DNA of 64,000 nt from contig JBAXKC010000001.1 in the NCBI GenBank assembly GCA_037137535.1, positions 256,001 through 320,000 of the forward strand, given 5' to 3'. A program made the translations under genes and the position numbers. Source of the stretch: a bacterium. Lineage in GTDB: Bacteria > Cyanobacteriota > Vampirovibrionia > Gastranaerophilales > JBAXKC01. Positions 60,852 to 64,000 of the stretch are shown one piece after another (the first letter of the stretch is position 1; each line of letters starts with the position of its first letter). The notes beneath the pieces are model-generated. The model made no database searches. It was given only the letters and a program-made list of their open reading frames with translations, and had not been told where the DNA came from.

Positions 60852-61655
60852 ATGACTAATAACCTTAAAAATCTAATCGAGACAATGCCAAATCTTCCTT
60901 CAATGCCTAATATAGTTTCAGAAGCATTAAATATAATTGAAGACCCTAAATCCAATATAAATAAACTTTCAGAAGTAATTTCAAAAGATATTTCTATTAC
61001 TACAGAAATTCTTAAACTTGTAAACTCAGCCTATTATGGATTTCCGGCTCAAATCACTTCAATAAATAAAGCAATGGCTTTACTTGGGTTTAGTAAAGTT
61101 AAAAGTTTAATAATGAGTGTTGCTGTTAAACCAATGATGATGTCAACAGGCGGAAAATCGCTTTGGGAACATTCGGTAAGATGTGCGGTCGGTAGTGAAA
61201 TTTTAGCAAAAAGCCTTGGAAAATCTGACACCGATGAAGCTTTTATTATGGGCTTATTACATGACATTGGTAAAACAGTTTTAGAAATATACAATAAAGA
61301 CGCATCTAAAGAAATTACAAGACTTGTCGGACTTGGAGCAGATAGACTTGCTGCTGAAAAAATGATCTTTGGCTTTCAGCATACTGAAATAGGCGAACAG
61401 CTTGTTCAAAAGTGGAAATTACCGAGTTTAATAGGTTCTAGCGTAAAATATCATCATGAACCACAAAATTCAGATAATATTACGATGGTAGGGTGTGTAT
61501 ATGTTGCAGATAAAACATGTCAAGACCTATTAAAATATCCTATTCTGGATCCTGATATTACTGAAATATTTGATTTTGAAATTCCTGATCCAATGCAATT
61601 AAGAGATCAGATTTTTGAAAAAAGTCAGCATATTATTGCGGCTCTTTCAAAATAA
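60852..61655 (+). CDS. HDOD domain protein
   Basis: LPSMP, LKLVNSAYYG, LWEHS, GLLHDIGK, and W-LP...HH. Confidence 0.93.
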   Translation: MTNNLKNLIETMPNLPSMPNIVSEALNIIEDPKSNINKLSEVISKDISITTEILKLVNSAYYGFPAQITSINKAMALLGFSKVKSLIMSVAVKPMMMSTGGKSLWEHSVRCAVGSEILAKSLGKSDTDEAFIMGLLHDIGKTVLEIYNKDASKEITRLVGLGADRLAAEKMIFGFQHTEIGEQLVQKWKLPSLIGSSVKYHHEPQNSDNITMVGCVYVADKTCQDLLKYPILDPDITEIFDFEIPDPMQLRDQIFEKSQHIIAALSK

Positions 61656-61664
61656 CTAATCAAA

Positions 61665-62915
61665 ATGATTGTATCAACACTTATTTTAATTATTTCTTTT
61701 ATTTTCATAGCTTTTGAAAAACTTCCTAAAGTGACAGTTGCAATGATAGGTGGAGCTTTAACTTTAGCATTGGGATTAATCCCTAAAGAGCGAGCATTTT
61801 ACCATGTTGATTTCAGCGTGATTTTTTTGCTTGTAAGCATGATGATAATTGTTCATATTGCAAACAGAAGCGGAATGTTTAAATGGTTGGCAATAAATAT
61901 ATTAAAAAAAATAGGGGCAAAACCAAAAATAATTTTACTTGCCCTATGTACTTTAACGGCTGTATTATCTGCCTTTTTAGATAATGTGACAACTGTGTTT
62001 CTGGTAATTCCCGTAACTTTTATAATTGCGAAAGAAATAGAAATAAATCCTGTTCCTTTTTTACTATGTGAAGTTTTAGCTTCAAATATAGGAGGAACAG
62101 CTACTTTGATTGGCGACCCTCCTAACATTATTATAGGAAGTGCGGCTGGTCTTAGTTTTATGGACTTTGTAAAAGAATTAACGCCTGTAATCATCCTTAT
62201 TTATTTAGCGTCTATGGCTTTATTATTGCTCTTATTCAGAAAAGAACTTGTTTGCAAACCTGAATTAAATAAAAATATTGAAAATTTAGATAATTCTAAA
62301 TCAATAAAAGATTCTAATTTAGCAATAAGATCAATAATAGTTTTATCATTGGTAATAATTGGCTTTATTTTGCGTGATGTAATTCACATAGAGGCTTATA
62401 TTGTCGCTTTTTTAGGCGCATCAGTATTACTTCTTTTTGAAAAACCAAAACAAATTCTTCATGATGTTGAATGGATGACAGTCTTTTTCTTTATAGGGCT
62501 TTTTCTTATCATCGGTGGATTCATCGAAACAGGTGGTATTGACTTATTAGCCCACCAACTTATTAAATTAACTAATGGAAACTTAAAGGTTGCAGCCATG
62601 GTTATATTATGGGGGTCTGGATTTTTATCGGCATTAATTGATAATATCCCTTATACTGCAACGATGACTCCATTAATTAAACAGCTTTCAACCAATATGA
62701 ATATACATCCTCTTTGGTGGTGCTTATCTTTGGGAGCATGCCTTGGAGGGAATGCAACTGTTATTGGAGCAGCCGCAAATATTATAGTCGCAGAAGCCTC
62801 AAGAGCGTCAGGCTATCCTATTTCATTCTTTAAATTTATGAAATACGGTGTATTAGTTACTATTGTTTCCCTTGTTATAAGCAGTTTTTATATTTATTTA
62901 AGATTTTTATGCTGA
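61665..62915 (+). CDS. ArsB/NhaD (P-protein/SLC13-like) permease
   Basis: SAFLDNVTT, SNIGGTATLIGDPPNIII, and GGNATVIGAAAN. Confidence 0.92.
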   Translation: MIVSTLILIISFIFIAFEKLPKVTVAMIGGALTLALGLIPKERAFYHVDFSVIFLLVSMMIIVHIANRSGMFKWLAINILKKIGAKPKIILLALCTLTAVLSAFLDNVTTVFLVIPVTFIIAKEIEINPVPFLLCEVLASNIGGTATLIGDPPNIIIGSAAGLSFMDFVKELTPVIILIYLASMALLLLLFRKELVCKPELNKNIENLDNSKSIKDSNLAIRSIIVLSLVIIGFILRDVIHIEAYIVAFLGASVLLLFEKPKQILHDVEWMTVFFFIGLFLIIGGFIETGGIDLLAHQLIKLTNGNLKVAAMVILWGSGFLSALIDNIPYTATMTPLIKQLSTNMNIHPLWWCLSLGACLGGNATVIGAAANIIVAEASRASGYPISFFKFMKYGVLVTIVSLVISSFYIYLRFLC

Positions 62916-62921
62916 TTTTAA

Positions 62922-64000
62922 TTAGCCTTTAAGGACTTCAAGAAAAACTTTACCATATTTTTCCAGTTTATTTTTCCCGACTCCTGAAATAGTACCTAAT
63001 TCCGTTAAACTTTGCGGTTTTATTGTTGCCATCTCAATTAAAGTGCTGTCGTGGAAAATTATAAATGGAGGTATTTTTTGTTCTTGAGCAAGAGAAGCTC
63101 TCAACGCTCTTAATTCTTGGAATAAATCCTCATTTTCTGATTTGAGCGAAGTTGAACGCTTAGTCTTTTTAAGCATTTTCTCCTTAACCTCTTTTTTATC
63201 AAGCACATCACTGCGTAAATATATTTTTTCTTCGCCACGCAATATTTTATTTGATTTAGAGGTTAATTTAGCCGCACCATAGGCTTCCATCTCAATAGCA
63301 GCAAGTCCTGAAGCGACAATCTGCCTGAAAATAGATTTCCATTGGACTTTATTATACTCTTTGCCCACTCCGAAAGTAGTTAATTTATCATGATTAAATC
63401 TTTTAACTTTTTCATCTTCTTTACCTGTAAGCACATTGATTAAATGAGTTATTCCAAATCTTTGGTCTGTTCTGTAAATGCAGGATAACGCTTTTTGTGC
63501 GGCAATTGTCCCATCAAAAGTTGCAACGGGATCAAGACAGCTATCACAGTTATCACAAGATTTTTCTTCGGTTTGTTCTCCAAAATAATCCAAAAGAACT
63601 TGCCTTCTGCATCTTACAGTTTCAACAAAACCTATTACTGAATCCAATTTTTGATACTCAAGCATTTTATGTTCTGTATCAGCATTTGAGCCAGCTATAA
63701 ATTGTTGAAGTTTAACTATATCTTCAAGCCCGTAAACCATCCACGCATCAGAAGGAAGTCCGTCCCTACCTGCTCTACCTGTTTCCTGATAATAGGCTTC
63801 AATACTTTTAGGCAAGTCCAAATGAGCCACAAACCTTACATCGGGCTTATTTATACCCATACCGAAAGCAATTGTCGCAACCATTATTATGCCTTCTTTT
63901 TTAATAAATTTAGCCTGATTTTTCATTCTCACATCCGCACTAAGCCCTGCGTGATATGGCAAGGCCTTAAATCCATTTTCTTTGAGGTATTTTGCAATTT
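62922..64000 (-). CDS. recQ: DNA helicase RecQ, C-terminal part (runs off the window end)
   Basis: YHAGL, ATIAFGMGINKPDVRFV, YYQETGRAGRDG, zinc/RQC region, and HRDC. Confidence 0.96.
   Translation of the reverse strand, partial: IAKYLKENGFKALPYHAGLSADVRMKNQAKFIKKEGIIMVATIAFGMGINKPDVRFVAHLDLPKSIEAYYQETGRAGRDGLPSDAWMVYGLEDIVKLQQFIAGSNADTEHKMLEYQKLDSVIGFVETVRCRRQVLLDYFGEQTEEKSCDNCDSCLDPVATFDGTIAAQKALSCIYRTDQRFGITHLINVLTGKEDEKVKRFNHDKLTTFGVGKEYNKVQWKSIFRQIVASGLAAIEMEAYGAAKLTSKSNKILRGEEKIYLRSDVLDKKEVKEKMLKKTKRSTSLKSENEDLFQELRALRASLAQEQKIPPFIIFHDSTLIEMATIKPQSLTELGTISGVGKNKLEKYGKVFLEVLKG

Overview
AT-rich bacterial chromosomal window. The host is diderm (LptF/G, TolC, ArnT-like genes). It is most plausibly a non-photosynthetic cyanobacterial relative (Melainabacteria/Vampirovibrionia); this is inferred from gene style, not proven. 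Housekeeping content: partial prfA, thyX, rpmE, pdp, trxA, a dapL-like aminotransferase, tex, tRNA-Arg(UCU), amtB-PII, two alternative sigma factors, an HspR-like regulator and partial recQ. The standout locus is 27.6-30.4 kb: three tandem paralogs that each fuse a canonical type IV prepilin N-terminus (G-1/E5/P22) to a phage tail-collar domain and a six-HxH metal-binding tail-fibre needle with a variable tip. These look like phage receptor-binding fibres rebuilt as pilus subunits, with no prophage context. Also present: a three-gene Flp pilin array (one gene missed by the ORF track), a PilD next to a SigF-like gene, a complete GT2/YdjC/ArnT/GtrA amino-sugar modification set and an orphan type I secretion system. 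Further oddities are a soluble Clp-lid/degenerate-AAA/M41 chimera, a divergent GH13, a 48-aa ORF behind a perfect sigma-28 promoter, and several enzymes sharing an N-terminal '(S/G)F(G/Q/N)' leader. No CRISPR array, rRNA, integrase or transposase was seen.
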